A program made the position numbers and the translations under genes. A stretch of 64,000 bases of DNA. It comes from Eledone cirrhosa. Taxonomy: Eukaryota. The stretch lies in contig OZ024750.1 of the NCBI GenBank assembly GCA_964016885.1, positions 1,984,001 through 2,048,000 on the forward strand. Reading direction: 5' to 3'. The notes below the pieces were generated by a model. The model was not told the origin of the DNA. It did not search any database and was given only the letters and a program-made list of their open reading frames with translations. Below, piece by piece: positions 35,850 to 50,445 of this stretch; position 1 is the stretch's first letter, and every line of letters starts with the position of its first letter.

Positions 35850-36075
35850 CAAGTTGGACTTGATACTTTTTCATCGTGTCACCAGCACGACTACCTTAAA
35901 TAGTGGACTGGGCGCTTTTTGTCGTGTCACCAGCACGACTACATTACAGGGTGGACTGGGGGCTTTTTGTCATGTCACCAGCACGACTACCTTACAGGGT
36001 GGACTGAGTGTTTATTTGTTGTGTCACCAACATGACCACTTTAGAGGGTTGACTGGGGCCCTTTTGTCATGTCAC
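35850..36075 (+). repeat. ~48-bp minisatellite (RTE-tail derived), degenerate
   Basis: Same unit as 13968-14270, contiguous with an inverted RTE-type tail at 35650-35850. Confidence 0.8.
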
Positions 36076-36103
36076 CCACACCACTACCGGAAGTAATTCT
36101 TAA

Positions 36104-36148
<45 letters not shown>

Positions 36149-36284
36149 CAGGTGAAGAGTTAGGGTGTGTGGTTACCGAAAACAATGGGTTAGAAGGTAA
36201 ACGGGACGTAAAACAAGAGAAGAAAAGTATCCCTTCATCAGCTCTTTACAACAGATCATAGATGTTTTGGCGCTAAAAACAGAA

Positions 36285-36344
<60 letters not shown>

Positions 36345-36676
36345 AAGAAAATTGTTTCCTCCATTTAAGTTTTTATTGCAAGTGTTATCCAAAAGTTATT
36401 TCCCCTGGATTGGCTAACTTGTTGATTTCACTTCATCTAATCAATATCTGCCGCTATCTACTTCGTGGCTATGTGCCAACTGCAGAAATACTTATTTGAT
36501 TTGAAGTAATAATTTCTTAAACATTCAATTCCAGAAATATAGAGGAGGAAAGGTGATAAATCTGGGTGTTTATGTCTGCCAACCTCTCAAGTATGAATAA
36601 ATCCACATAATTTGTTCAGTCTAATATTTCATACAAGAAAATATATATTCTTTGTTTATGAACAATTTCATAGATA

Positions 36677-36874
36677 TTAGGACCAGCTGAAAAGTTCATA
36701 GGCTGACCAAGATACTCTCATGGAATGACCAAATGAGGTTTATTTTTCATCATAGTTCCTGGAAAGAAACAATACAGTTATTAATAAGAATAGTTGAAAT
36801 TAATGCATGTAAGATTTCACAGCTCTAGCATCACTCCTTCATAGTCAGCCTGTGAACCTTTCAGCCTACCCTTG
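36677..36874 (+). mobile_element. Mariner-type MITE copy
   Basis: Same family. Confidence 0.85.
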
Positions 36875-37340
36875 TATATATAACCACATACCTCACTTTT
36901 TGTATACATTACATTCTATAATAGAAGTGCAGATGAAGACACATAGGATATGTTTCTCATTCAGGCATAAGGCCAACAATTTGGTGGGAGGGGGGAGGGG
37001 AAGTCAACTAAATCAACCCCAGTGTGTTACTGATACTTTATTTTATCGACCCTGTGGGGATGTGCGGCAGGATTTGAACTCAGAAAGGTAAAGGATGTAA
37101 CTCTATGCTGCAAAGCATGTTGTTCCATTCTTTACCGATTCTGCTAATCCACCATCTAAGTCTTGCTATAACTGTTTTGAGTTTTGATCATATCACCGTT
37201 ATCTGAGTAGCCTTGTGAAAATGCCAGACACTAGTGTTTCAGGCATTTTTAATTCATTATCAGATCTCACACTGCAGCTGAGGTAGCTGTGACACGATCA
37301 CAGCTTAAAACAGTCATAGCAAGACTTATATATGTTTATT

Positions 37341-37938
37341 ATCGGTAGAGAGTCGGACGCCATGCTTTGCAGCAAAGAGTTACGGCCCTTACCATTCTGA
37401 GTTCAAATCCCACCGAGGTTAACTTTGCCTTTCATCCTTACGGGGTCGATAAAATAAAGTACCAGTAATTGCTGGCCTTGTGCCAAAAGTAGAAACAATT
37501 ATATAAAAACCGATGGTGGTGGATTGGCAGTATTGGTAGAGCGTTGGACAACATGCTTTACAGTATAGAGTTACAGCCCTTTATGGTCTGAGTTTAAATC
37601 TCATGGATGTTAGCTTTGCCTTTTATCCTTATGAAGTCGCTAAAATAAGTACCAGTAATGCACCGCGGTTAAATTAACCCTTTACCATTTACATTACTCT
37701 ATATTTACTATTATATGTTCACAGTAAAGGCTTTACTTCACATACTACCTCACATAATATCGAATTTATGAGATTTTGATATCATTTATTTTGAAAACAA
37801 TATGAGTGGCCAGTTACAGTCAGTTTGAGCAGAAAGAGATGAAAGAATTCTGGCTGAATATGGCCAGTTTAAATGCTAAAGGGTTAATCGACTTTCCCCT
37901 TCCCCAAAATTGTTGGCCTTGTGCCTAAATTAGAAATC
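37341..37938 (+). mobile_element. Two tandem SINE family A copies, the second interrupted by a TTAA MITE
   Basis: Consensus matches at 37341-37500 and 37514-37938; MITE at 37678-37883. Confidence 0.8.
37678..37883 (-). mobile_element. TTAA MITE copy nested in a SINE
   Basis: Both TIRs and TTAA duplication present. Confidence 0.85.
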
Positions 37939-38302
37939 TTTATACATAAACTTATCATATATATCTTCCTATATATCTTCATATATATCGTCCTATATAT
38001 CGTCCTGTATATATTCCTATATATCTTCATTTACCTTATTATGAATGACCTTATGTTAGTGCTACTGCCAATTTTACCAATCTTACAGTCTGTAGCATTT
38101 ACTGCTTCCTTTATTCTACATTTCATTAAATCTATATTAACATTTGACCTGAACATCCTAGAAATAGAGTTAGTGATGTTGTTTGATATTGGGGAAGATA
38201 AGGTTCAACAGTTAATTATCAAATACATCCATGATAACGTGGACTGTATTGATAGCGTGGAAAATGGACGTTAAATAGTGATGATGATGATGATCATGAT
38301 GG

Positions 38303-38334
<32 letters not shown>

Positions 38335-39254
38335 TATTGATACACAGCTAATTATCAAATACTCTATTGATACAATAATTATTGAATCTATTAAATACAA
38401 AGATCTAAGGATTAGATATTCTGACTCCATGTGATCTTCTTCTTCTTCTTCTTCTTCTTCTTCTTCTTCTTCTTCTTCTTCTTCTTCACCCACTTATTCC
38501 TGAGAAGGTCGTGGGAGCAGAGTCCTCAAACACTCCTTCCAGCAGGTCCTGTCAGAAGCAACCATCTTTAACTGAGGCTTCCTTCTTGGATGTCATCTTT
38601 GATCTTTGATGTTTTACTTATAGATTTTATTTATTTGTATGTATGTCTGTGTGTCTGTCTGTGTGTGTGTGTATCTGTGTGTGTGTGTATCTGTGTGTAT
38701 GTGTGTGTGTGGATTTGCAGGATCTTTAGAGCAATGTACCAAGTGTGTCAAGGGCTCCAGATATTATCTTTTATGCTCTGAGCTCAAATCCCGACAAGGT
38801 CAACTTTACCTTCCATCTTTTCGAGAACAATAAAATAAAGTTCTAGTAAAGTTTGGGGTCAATATAATCGTCTTCCCTGGCTTGCCCATATTACTGGCCT
38901 TGTGCCTAAACTAGAAACCGTTTCTGTATGTGTGACCAGAGAAGAAGTAATTAGTGATGTGTGAGTAATAAGCAACATAACCTTGTTTATCTCCCCAAAT
39001 CTTGTTTCCAACTTCTTGTTGTAGCTTCTCAGAAAATATTGATTTTTACAGCGGCAGTTTAATTGAAGTTCACCGTGTCATATGACATGTTCTAATTTGA
39101 TAAAATATTTGCTGACATTGTTCAAAATTCTTCACATATATAAAATTATATTTCTATTTCTATTTGATAATCAAATTGTTTTAAGAAGAAAAAATACATG
39201 CAACTAATGCTGGAGAGTGGATATCTTTTATTTAAAAAAAAAACAGGAACCCTT

Positions 39255-40262
39255 TAGGCAGATGGCCTATTTTCATAGCTGAATCCATAGCAGAATTAGA
39301 GAAGAATTTTCAGACATGGAAGAAAACCTGGAATCAAAAGGGGTCAGAGTGAATTTAGTTAAGACCTACTACATAAGAAGGAAAACAGAGCACTGTTCCT
39401 TTCAAGAAAATGACCATGCTCTGTATACAGATAAGGAGTTGGCAAGGATTCCATATTATTTACTAAATAGAAACTATTGGTATACAAGAGATGTAGTGGG
39501 ATCCCAGGCAGACTAATGAAGAATCTAGACATCAAATGTGGAATATGCAGAGGAGAATTAGGCAGCAAGAGCTCACATGAAACAGACTCTATCAAATAAT
39601 TCCCTAGAAATAGTTGGCAGCTTCTGCTATCTGGGTGACCAAATTAGTAGTGGAAGTGAGTGTTCAGAAAGAACAGTAGCCAGGGTGAAACAGGTTGGGA
39701 AAAAGTTCAAGGAGCTACTACCTCTGCTGACTACAAAGGGGTTTTCTCTTTGAGTGAAAGGCAAATTGTCTGATGCCTGTGTGCGAACCATGATGCTGCA
39801 TTGAATGCAGAGGATCTGAAATTACTGGAAAAAAATGAGGCAAACATGCTCTGATGGATGTGTAATAGAAGTGTGCAGGAATTACAAAGCATCTATGGAC
39901 TAATAGAAAAACTTGGTCATAAAAGGGATCAGATGCAATGTACCAGAAACAAGACTGTCTTGGTAAAGCCATGAAATATGTAGGAAGGTTATGAGCTGCA
40001 AAAATGTTGCAAATTACACAAAGTTGAGGAAACCTGTAGGAGATGAAATCTTGAGTAAACATGAAACAAAGGGGAAAGGCTGACCTTAAAAAGTTGGACT
40101 CTACAGAGGAGATGACATAAGATTGAGATGACTAGCATTGTGCTATACTACAGAAGACTCACATCCCTACACAGGCAGTAGGAACAGCAGAAAGATGTAA
40201 AAACAAGACAGACAGTCTAACCCATGCAAGCATGGAAAATAAACATTAAACAGTGAGGATGA
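39255..40262 (+). mobile_element. Decayed RTE LINE (RT C-terminal half to 3' end)
   Basis: ENLESKGVRVNLVKT, VGSFCYLGD, W.KFKELLPLLT.KGFSL, CCATGCAAGCATGGAAAA tail. Confidence 0.75.
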
Positions 40263-40568
40263 TCACATCGATTCACAATACATCTCATAATTATTGTATC
40301 AGTGCAGTATTTGATGATTAGATGTTGAACAGAACTTTCTAAAGAAACATGCTAGACTGGTTTTCTTATTGTCTCTTTTAAGCAGTCATAAACTTTACGG
40401 ATGTTTCCTAAGAATCTAGGTGAAGTGGAACAATGAAAAATTATCAGATTTGCAATAGATATAAGCTCCTGACATGAGCTGATTGTCAAACAGTTGATTC
40501 ATTCAGCCATTTCACTGCTACACTAGCTGCAAATCTTTATTTTAGTAAAGAAGATTTATTATTAACTA

Positions 40569-40767
40569 TGAAGACTGGCTGAAACATTCATAGATTGACC
40601 AAGATACTCTCATGGAATGACCAAATGAGGTTTATTTTTCAACATAGTCTCTGGAAAGAAACAATGCAGTTATTAATAGAAAGAGCTTAAATTAATGCAG
40701 TCAAGATTTCACAGCTCTAGCATCACTCCTTTATAGTCAACTTATGAACTTTTCAGCCAAATCATCG
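40569..40767 (+). mobile_element. Mariner-type MITE copy
   Basis: Same family. Confidence 0.8.
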
Positions 40768-41451
40768 TAATATCTTAAATGCAAAATAGTGATGGTTGTT
40801 GAGCCCACTATCAGAAGATTGTGAGTTCATTTCCAAGGTATATAGACAGGTAAGGACCAAGTCAGTACTGAAGTGGTGTTACTGAGAGTGAAGATAGATC
40901 AAGGTATATGTGAACAAAAATTATAAAATTGAATTATTCAACTGAATATTTAATGAAGGTTAAAATAATTGAAGCTAATCAGTGCTGTAGATTATATACT
41001 TGAGAAATCAATTTGTCTAATTAACAAGCTTCAAAGACAATCTTTAGACTCTAGCCAGCATTAAAACAGTCATCATCATCACTGCCATCATTTTATGTCC
41101 ACTTTTCCATGCTTTCATAGATTGTCTAGGTCTCTTCCAGTACTTCATGTCTCCCTCTTCCATTCATTACATTCCTTCATCTCCTCTGTGAGTTTCAGCA
41201 ATTTGAGATCAGTTCTCACCACCTAGTCTCAAATCTTCTTTGGATATCTTCTTTATAAGTCTTGATTGATTTAGTGATAATAAAATTAGTCTAAAGTCTG
41301 TCTCAAACCCTGTAGCTCACCAGGCCAGTGCTTATCCTGGTTTCCATGGTATTAAATAACTGAGATACATGACTCCTCCCTGGATAGGACGCCAGTACAT
41401 CACAGGATTAAACTCACAGCTATTGCTGGTACTCATTTTCAGTTGAGCTAC

Positions 41452-41864
41452 ACAGTAATACAAGAAGACCCGCCTTGCCTAAGTACAAAGCGAAACCTAC
41501 AGTCAGTAGGCACCTCTAACAAAATTACACCCTGTCCCACCACCCCCACCTCATCCACACCACCCCTTTCGATGTAAAGTTATGTTGGTACGACAACATC
41601 CAGTCCGAAACAAATAAGGTTGTGTAGGTGTCACAAAAAAAAACACACAGTCCACGCTGTAATGTGGCCGTGTATGTAACACGGTAAAAACCTCCCAGTC
41701 CACACTGTAAACGTGGTTGGTGTTAGGAAGGGCATCCAGCCGTAGAAAACTCGCCAGACAATCCTACATGAGCAAGACAACCAATCTTGCCTCAAGTGGG
41801 AAAACTCCCGTCCAAACCCATGCAAGCGTGGAAGATGGACGTTAAACGATGATGATGATGATGA
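41452..41864 (+). mobile_element. RTE LINE 3' UTR copy inserted in a SINE
   Basis: Colinear with 47819-48250; flanks rejoin as one family B SINE. Confidence 0.8.
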
Positions 41865-43444
41865 TATACTGGAGCAACGTGAAATGAAATGTTTTGCTCA
41901 AGAACACAACACACAACCCAGTCCAAGACTCAAACCCAGAACATTATGATCATACGTCCAACACCTTTACCACTAGGTCATGTACCTCCTCGTGTAGAAT
42001 TAATAGTAAGAATATAATTGGTTACAACAATATAATAAGGTAATAGTTGGTGAATTGCTGTAATAATTGTTAAAATATTGTTTGATGATATTGGTGATTA
42101 AAGTGGATAATGAAAAGTAGGTACCAGGTGTTCCTATGGTTGATAGTGAATATCCAATAGACATGATCATGAAGGTGATAATAGATTGCAGTGGTGATTG
42201 TGATCAAGGTAAAGGAATTTTATCAGTAAAATCATATCAAGAAGTCTTTTATTCTGAATGTCTTCCAATATGCTGCTGAAAAGAAAATGCAAGAAACTCA
42301 CCTAAAGATAAATAAGATGTGAACTTTCTGAGTTCCAGGTTCCACATTGTTTGGAAATAATCCAACTCTAATTCCAGCATATGCCAAACAACTGTGTCAA
42401 TTACACCCACTTCAGTTTAGGTTCTATTATTATAACTAGTTACAGCTGAAATAGGTCGGTCATATATTTGGAAAAGTGAATTCTTTCAGCCATAGTTATG
42501 CTTCAGCAATATGCTTTACCATGAACATTGCCAAAACCTTTCTTTCATAGCACTAACATAATTCTGTGTTCCAAACATCTCCTTCTTTTATCTCTCAATC
42601 ATCTAATGATGCATTCCTATTAAATTTGCCAAGTATCCATATTCCATCAAAATTATCATTCCACTTTGCTTCTTTAAGAGGGTCAGTATAGCTGAATCAA
42701 TATGATGGAAAATATCATTTGATTAATTGAGAAATTCTCATGCATTAACAATCTCTATAATTTACTTGCCAAGATATATATTTCTTCTCCAACATTTATC
42801 TCTTCTGCACTGGTCACTAGATATTCAAAATACTATAAACATCCACTAAACTGTCAACACAATTCTTTGATATTTGCTCATAAGAAATACTCATCACTTC
42901 ACTAAAACATTATGCAATATTGACTGGCCTAACTACACTTCCGAATGTCAAGTGACTTTTAATCTTACAACAGAAACTTCTAGATTCTTAGCCTTCTTAA
43001 TAGAGTGCCATAAAGATTACCAAATCTTTTCAACCTATATATCAATACCATGCCATACTATCTCCTATCACAATGTACACAACATTCTATACTGATAACA
43101 ATAATGATCTTCTCCTATAGCTCCCCAGACACAATCACACATCTACTCTGGCCATACATACACAACTGCTACACTGTTAACTTTCCTGACATTTCTACAT
43201 TATTCTATGTACTATACATGCACCTTTGATAAGTTGTAGTGCACTTGAGCATTGTACACAATTTCATTATTATCATTATTAAATTAGAATCCTGACTCTA
43301 ATGGCCCCAAATAAATCTCATGTCACCAGCTGATCAACAATCTTTGAGAAAAGAGTATCTTTCAGCTACACATCACATTCAACTAAAACAGCATTCTCCA
43401 AAAGCTTAACTTTACAAACATCCAAATGTCACGATGACGTAGTA

Positions 43445-43915
43445 TTTATGGCATGATAAAACACACCAAGTCCACCCTGTAAGAGGGTTGTGCTAGTGCC
43501 ATGACAAAAAGCCACCAGTCCACCCTGTAAGAGGGTTGTACTAGTGCCATGACAAAAAGCCACCAGTCCACCCTGTAAGAGGGTTGTACTAGTGCCATGA
43601 CAAAAAGACACCAGTCCGCCCTGTAAGAGGGTTGTGCTAGTGCCATGACAAAAAGCCACCAGTCCATCCTGTAAGAGGGTTGTACTAGTGCCATGACAAA
43701 AAGCCACCAGTCCATCCTGTAAGAGGGTTGTGCTAGTGCCATGACAAAAAGCCACCAGTCCACCCTGTAAGTGGGTTGTGCTAGTGCCATGACAAAAAGC
43801 CACCAGTCCACCCTGAAAGAGGGTTGTGCTAGTGCCATGACAAAAAGCCACCAGTCCACCCTGAAAGAGGGTTGTGCTAGTGCCATGACAAAAAGCCACC
43901 AGTCCGCCCTGTAAA
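43445..43915 (-). repeat. 48-bp minisatellite, about 10 copies (RTE-tail derived)
   Basis: GTGCTAGTGCCATGACAAAAAGCCACCAGTCCACCCTGTAAGAGGGTT. Confidence 0.92.
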
Positions 43916-44950
43916 GAAGAAGATTTCACAGCCCTAGCATCAATCCTCTATAGTCAGCCTATGAATGTTTCAACCAACCCTCGTATTCAGACTCCAAGCC
44001 CTAATTCATCTGCTGGCAGCTTAAAGTGTATCTTGATAAATGTCTCGGTTTTGAAGACTTTATCATCATTCCACTATCACTGAAATATGTAGTCCTCACA
44101 ATTTGTCAGATATATTACTACATTACTACACAATACACCAGTTACTAACAGTTGCTAACACATAGTATCTATATATATATACATGCGCACACATTAACAC
44201 TAACACATATACACACCCACACACACATATTAACATTAATACATATACACACTCATACACATACATATATACATACATAACTGCTATACACAGACACATT
44301 ATCATTGCCATTAACACTGTCATCACTATTTTAATATATATTGTTTCATGTTACTATGAGCTGAATGGGTTTATAATTTGGCATATTGCCAACCACGTCT
44401 GTCTTTTGTCAATTTCTTCAATGAGGCCCTTTATCTTGAAATCTAACCTCATTACTTCCTAAGTTTTTCTTCTTTCCTCTTCAGTGAGTATCTTCTATCA
44501 TTAACACACATTATGTTTTCATTCAGCACTCATTGTCCTTTCATAAAACATGTAGAATGATCTCTTCTGCATATTTTACTGTCTTGGCTCAGTTCTGTGA
44601 CAGCCAGTGGTACTTTCTCCAAAAATCTGAATTCACCAGATTGGTGAATTCAGCAACAGACCCAGGTTTTATTTCCTGACAAACTGAAGATCAGCAGTTA
44701 TTGAGAAATTGACCATTTACCAATAAGTTTGTCATTGAATCTGTAGAAATGGAGACTTCTGGTATTCTGGGTTCCTGAACGATGTCTCTACTCACTCTCC
44801 CTTAGGACAGAATCAGCCACTTGCAGGAGTATGTCATGAGTTGGAATGGCTCTTTCAATATGTCTCCCTCACTAACCTCCTGTCTGTTGGGATTATGAGC
44901 CAGTATGCACCTGGGTGTCAACACACCTCAGAGCATTTTCCTACATTGTT

Positions 44951-45058
44951 CAGGCATATAGTATATATACTCAGGCATATAGTATATATACTCAGGCATA
45001 TAGTATATATACTCAGACATATAGTATATATACTCAGACATATAGTATATATACTCAA
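44951..45058 (+). repeat. 21-bp tandem repeat, 5 copies
   Basis: CAG(G/A)CATATAGTATATATACT. Confidence 0.9.
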
Positions 45059-46261
45059 ATATAAACTGACACCTCCCTCCTATTTTATGTCTGAGAAATG
45101 GGCAAAAATCGAAACCCTTTTCATAATCTGAGGCAATTAATCAATACATATATATTGATCCCAAATATAAGCTGATCCCCATTTTAATATCGATCTTCTG
45201 GTCACATATTCCTTGCCTAATATGTGAGTATATACAGTGATATTGTTGTGGTGACATCTGTATCTATAGACACACATATATACAAACACAACATACATAT
45301 ATATAATTATATTTGCATATATTATAAAGTTAAAAGAAACATCAACAATAAACATATAAGTGTATAAAACTAATGTATGAGGTCAAGTAAATAGATATGT
45401 AGTGTGTTAGATAGAATTAAGATGGAGCTGGTGAATCAGTCTTGCTTCATTTCCATCAAGGCTGCACAGTTACAGTAGAAGCAGCAATGATGGATGAATT
45501 ACCTAGATAATCCAATTATTTTTGTTGATGTTTGTAGATGAAACATAATAACTGGAATAAGGAAAGGGTTGAAGAAGTGCAGGGAACTGCTGTTGTACTT
45601 ATTAACAACAAGGGATTGCTCTCAACATATAAAAAGAATCTCTACCCTACATAATTACTGGAATAAGGAAAGGGTTGAAGAAATTCAGGGAGCTGTTGTT
45701 GTACTTATTAACAACAAGAGTTTGTTCTGATAATATAAAAAAACATCTGTATCTTACAACACTACACTTCTTATAGAAGCCTTTTGTACGATGAAAAACT
45801 ACCCCTTGTTGCCAGCAAGTACAATAGCTCCTTGAGCTTTTCGAGCCCTTCCCTTACTCCAGTTATGTTTCATTTCTGTTGGCAGGTATAACTGAATGGC
45901 CAAGACAGTAGGAGCTATTGACAATGTCTAATGAGATAGCTAATTCAGCCAACATTGTTGCTTTTACTCTAACTACTAGTGTACATATAACACATTTGAA
46001 GTCACACTTCTCTGTTTGTGGGTCAGAAAACTTTCACTGCCTATAGTTTGAGGTCTCTTCTCAGATGATGTTGAGATTTCATGCTAGGGTTTCAAACCAT
46101 ATTGACCTTATATATTGGTCTAGACTATTTTCCTAGTTTCTGTAACTCACCAACATATTCTACCATGATAATCAGACCATCAACTTATACAACACAGATT
46201 GTAAATTTACAGCAGCAATGTGAACTTTTGCTTCCCATATTCTTTCTTTAGAGTATATATA

Positions 46262-46308
<47 letters not shown>

Positions 46309-46323
46309 GCTGTTCACTTAAGT

Positions 46324-46367
<44 letters not shown>

Positions 46368-46729
46368 TATACCTACTTAAGTGAACAGCCAAATTTTGGC
46401 AGGATTGTTAAAAAAAAACAAAAAAAAAACAAACAAAAAGAACAAAAACAAGTAACATTTCTTGCAATGGTTTTGATGGCAATGAAAATTATAATAATGA
46501 TGATATCAAAAGTAATTGTTATAAAAGTGAGAATAATGAGTGTGTTGAAGAGCGAGGACTGGAGTAGGTGTATTGTTACATTGTCAGTTATATAAGATGA
46601 ACATTTCAGCAGCTATTATCATCATCATCAACACCATAAATACCATCATCATCATCATCATCATCATCACTGTTTTATGTCTTTTTACCAAACACTTTAC
46701 AGTATGTACTGAAACCTTTTTATTGCAGC

Positions 46730-47000
46730 ACCAGCATTACCATCTTACAGGGTTGTCTGGGTGTTTGCTATCGTGACACCAGCATTACCACCTTACAGAG
46801 AGGATTGTGTGCTTTTTGTTGTGGCACCAGCTCTACCACCTTACAGAGTGGACTGGGTGTTTTAACTGTGATACCAGCTCTACCACCTTACAGAGTGGAC
46901 TGGGTGTTTTAACTGTGATACCAGCTCTACCACCTTACAGAGTGGACTGGGTGTTTTAACTGTGATACCAGCACTATCACTTTACATGGTGGACTGGGTG
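46730..47000 (+). repeat. 47-48-bp minisatellite (RTE-tail derived)
   Basis: GATACCAGCTCTACCACCTTACAGAGTGGACTGGGTGTTTTAACTGT. Confidence 0.85.
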
Positions 47001-47818
47001 CATATAAACAATAAGATATACTACAAATCAGATATAATTCAGAGTGAAAACAAATATAATTCACATTAAATGGATAGAAGAGATATTTAATGTAATAGAA
47101 TCTCATTTTGCTAAATTTTAAAGTTGAAAGCTAAAATATTTCACAAGCTCTCCTGGTTCAAAGTTCAACATGAATTTAAAACTAATCATAACAGACCCTG
47201 TAAAAAGCTTTTGTACTATTTGCTTCCCATTTTTTTCCTTTATCTTATTTTTTGGCTTATTTTGCCCCCCCCCCCCCCCCCCCTCCCCCCCCCCATTGGC
47301 CTTCCTTATTTAAATTATTTATTTTATCTTATTCTATTTTTAATTTTTATTTTTATATTCACTTATCTCTGTATATCTTGTTTGTTTTTCTTTTGTTTCT
47401 CAACTTTAAAAAGTACTAGATACTTCCCTAGTCTGACATGACTTACTAGCTCTATACGGACGTTTAGATTGATTAAATAAATAAATAGATAGATAATACA
47501 TCTAGGACACCCAATATACGTCAATGCTATGTATTAATTAGTGATTTATTTTTTTAATCTTTTCCCTGTGTATAAGACACTCGTTCAGAGCAACATTATT
47601 CTCTCACACATTTCTCTTTATATACTTCTACATTCTAGTTTCTATGTAATATATATGTGTGTATATATATATAAATAAATAAACAAATATATATATATGT
47701 GTGTGTATGTATATAAGTGTATATATATATATATGTGTGTATATATATATATGTGTGGATATGTATATATATATATATATATACATATTCACACATATAT
47801 ATATACACACACACACAC

Positions 47819-48557
47819 ATCATCATCATCATCATCATCATCATCAACGTTTAACGTCCGTGTTCCACGCTTGCATGGGTTTGGACGGGGGTATTCCCAC
47901 TTGAGGCAAGAGTGATTGTCTTGCTCGCATAGGACTGTCTGGCAGGTTTTCTACAGTTGGATGCCCTTCCTAACACCAACCACATTTACAGTGTGGGTCT
48001 GGGAGGTTTTTACCGTGTTGCCTACACGGCCACATTACAGCGTGGACTGTGTGTTTTTTTGTCGTGACACCTACACGATCTCATTTGTTTCGGCCTGGAT
48101 GGCGTGGCACCAACATAACTTTACATAGAAGGGGGTGGTATGGATGGGGTGTGGGGGGTGGGACGGGGTGTATTTTGTTAGAGATGCCTACTGGCTGTAG
48201 TAGGTTTTATTATGTATTTAGGTAAGGCGGGTCTTCTCTGTTACTGAGTACCGCCAAAGGTCTCGGTCCAGTGACATTGTCTTGGAGAGGTGTAAGTGTG
48301 TGAGGTCGGAGTTTATCAGCTCGTCCCAGGTTTTTCTAGGTCTGCCTATTCCGTGACTACTGTCTATCTTTATTGCCCTGCACTTTGTTATACAGCTATC
48401 GACTTTCATGCGCATCACGTGTCCATACCAACGTAGCCTTCTCTCGAGTAAACAACATCTGATCCCTCTTATTTCTAATTTTTTCCTTAGTTCGTTTATG
48501 CTTTGCCGTTCACGTATATTACTATTACACATCCAGCGGAGCATGCAAGCTTCGTTC
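47819..48557 (-). mobile_element. 5'-truncated RTE LINE: intact ORF C-terminus, ~400-nt 3' UTR and (GAT)n tail
   Basis: MLRWMC...[12 protein letters not shown]...[13 protein letters not shown]...DRDLWR; 3' UTR shared with 41452-41864. Confidence 0.88.
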
Positions 48558-48597
48558 ATACATATATATATATATAGAGATATATACATACATATAT

Positions 48598-48686
<89 letters not shown>

Positions 48687-48717
48687 TACACATACATATA
48701 TATATACATACATATAT

Positions 48718-48756
<39 letters not shown>

Positions 48757-48999
48757 TACACATACATATATGTACATTTACAACTCACATCTCTTTGCAG
48801 TTATATATCACATATGACAGAATGTTTGTTATTCTAAAGAAACGGTAATATAGAAAGATATATGTTAACTAGTTGCAGTATTACAACATAGATATCTTTA
48901 CAGAGAATGTTATATACAGTAGAATAAACTACTATTTTAAACAAGAATAAAACTGCAGCTGGAATAATTAACATAAACACTATGTCATAGCTGTATAGT

Positions 49000-49503
49000 T
49001 TATGTAATATGTAATATCATTTATGTAATGTCATTTATGTAATATGTAATATCATTTATGTAATATCATTTATGTAATATGTAATATCATTTATGTAATA
49101 TCATTTATGTAATATCATTTATGTAATATCAGTTATGTAATATCATTTATGTAATATCATTTATGTAATATGTAATATCATTTATGTAATATCATTTATG
49201 TAATATCATTTATGTAATATGTAATATCATTTATGTAATATCATTTATGTAATATCATTTATGTAATATCATTTATGTAATATGTAATATCATTTATGTA
49301 ATATCATTTATGTAATATCGTTTATGTAATATCATTTATGTAATATCATTTATGTAATATCATTTATGTAATATGTAATATCATTTATGTAATATCATTT
49401 ATGTAATATCATTTATGTAATATCATTTATGTAATATCATTTATGTAATATCATTTATGTAATATCATTTATGTAATATCATTTATGTAATATCATTTAT
49501 GTA
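49000..49503 (+). repeat. 14-bp satellite with 7-bp variants
   Basis: (ATGTAATATCATTT)n interspersed with ATGTAAT. Confidence 0.92.
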
Positions 49504-49618
49504 AGAGATTAGGCATCGGTCTATACTGGCAATACTTATAAGTAAAAACCAGTTAAGGAAGAAACAGTAGAGGTCTAATTACAGGAGATGCCAACCATTT
49601 CTTAAAAGAAATAAGGGC

Positions 49619-49619
<1 letters not shown>

Positions 49620-49663
<44 letters not shown>

Positions 49664-49714
49664 TGTGAATGCATAGGTGTGTTTGTGTAAGTGTTTGTGC
49701 GAATGTGTGTGGGA

Positions 49715-49755
<41 letters not shown>

Positions 49756-49964
49756 TGTGTATGCGTAGGTGTGTTTGTGTAAGTGTTTGTGCGAATGTGT
49801 GTGGGAGTGCATATATAGATATATATATATATGTATATATATATATACACATACACACATATACATATATGCATATATATATATGTATGCATATATACAT
49901 ATATATGTATGCACATATATATATGTGTGTATGTCCATGCAAGCATGAAAGATGGACGTTAAAC

Positions 49965-50010
<46 letters not shown>

Positions 50011-50414
50011 TATATATGCATACATATATATATATGCATATATATATATATATGCATGCATGTATATATGTATGCATATATACATATGCATATATATATG
50101 CATACATATATACATGCATACATATATATATTTACATGCATACATATATATATGTATGCATATGTATATGTATGCACATATAAATATATATATATACATA
50201 CACACATATATACATATGCATATATATATATATATATATATGCATATATATATGCATACATATATACATGCATACATATATATATATGTATGCATGTATA
50301 CATGCATACATATATATGCATACATATATATATGCATACATATATATATATATATTTATAGGTGTGTATGGGTGTATATATGTACACACACATACACATA
50401 TACATATATGTATA

Positions 50415-50445
<31 letters not shown>

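Noticed and set aside
43429-43929. 16-aa repeat ORFs (FCHGTSTTLLQGGLVA)
   Set aside because: Translation of the 48-bp minisatellite; the same applies to 13969-14356 and 35770-36096.
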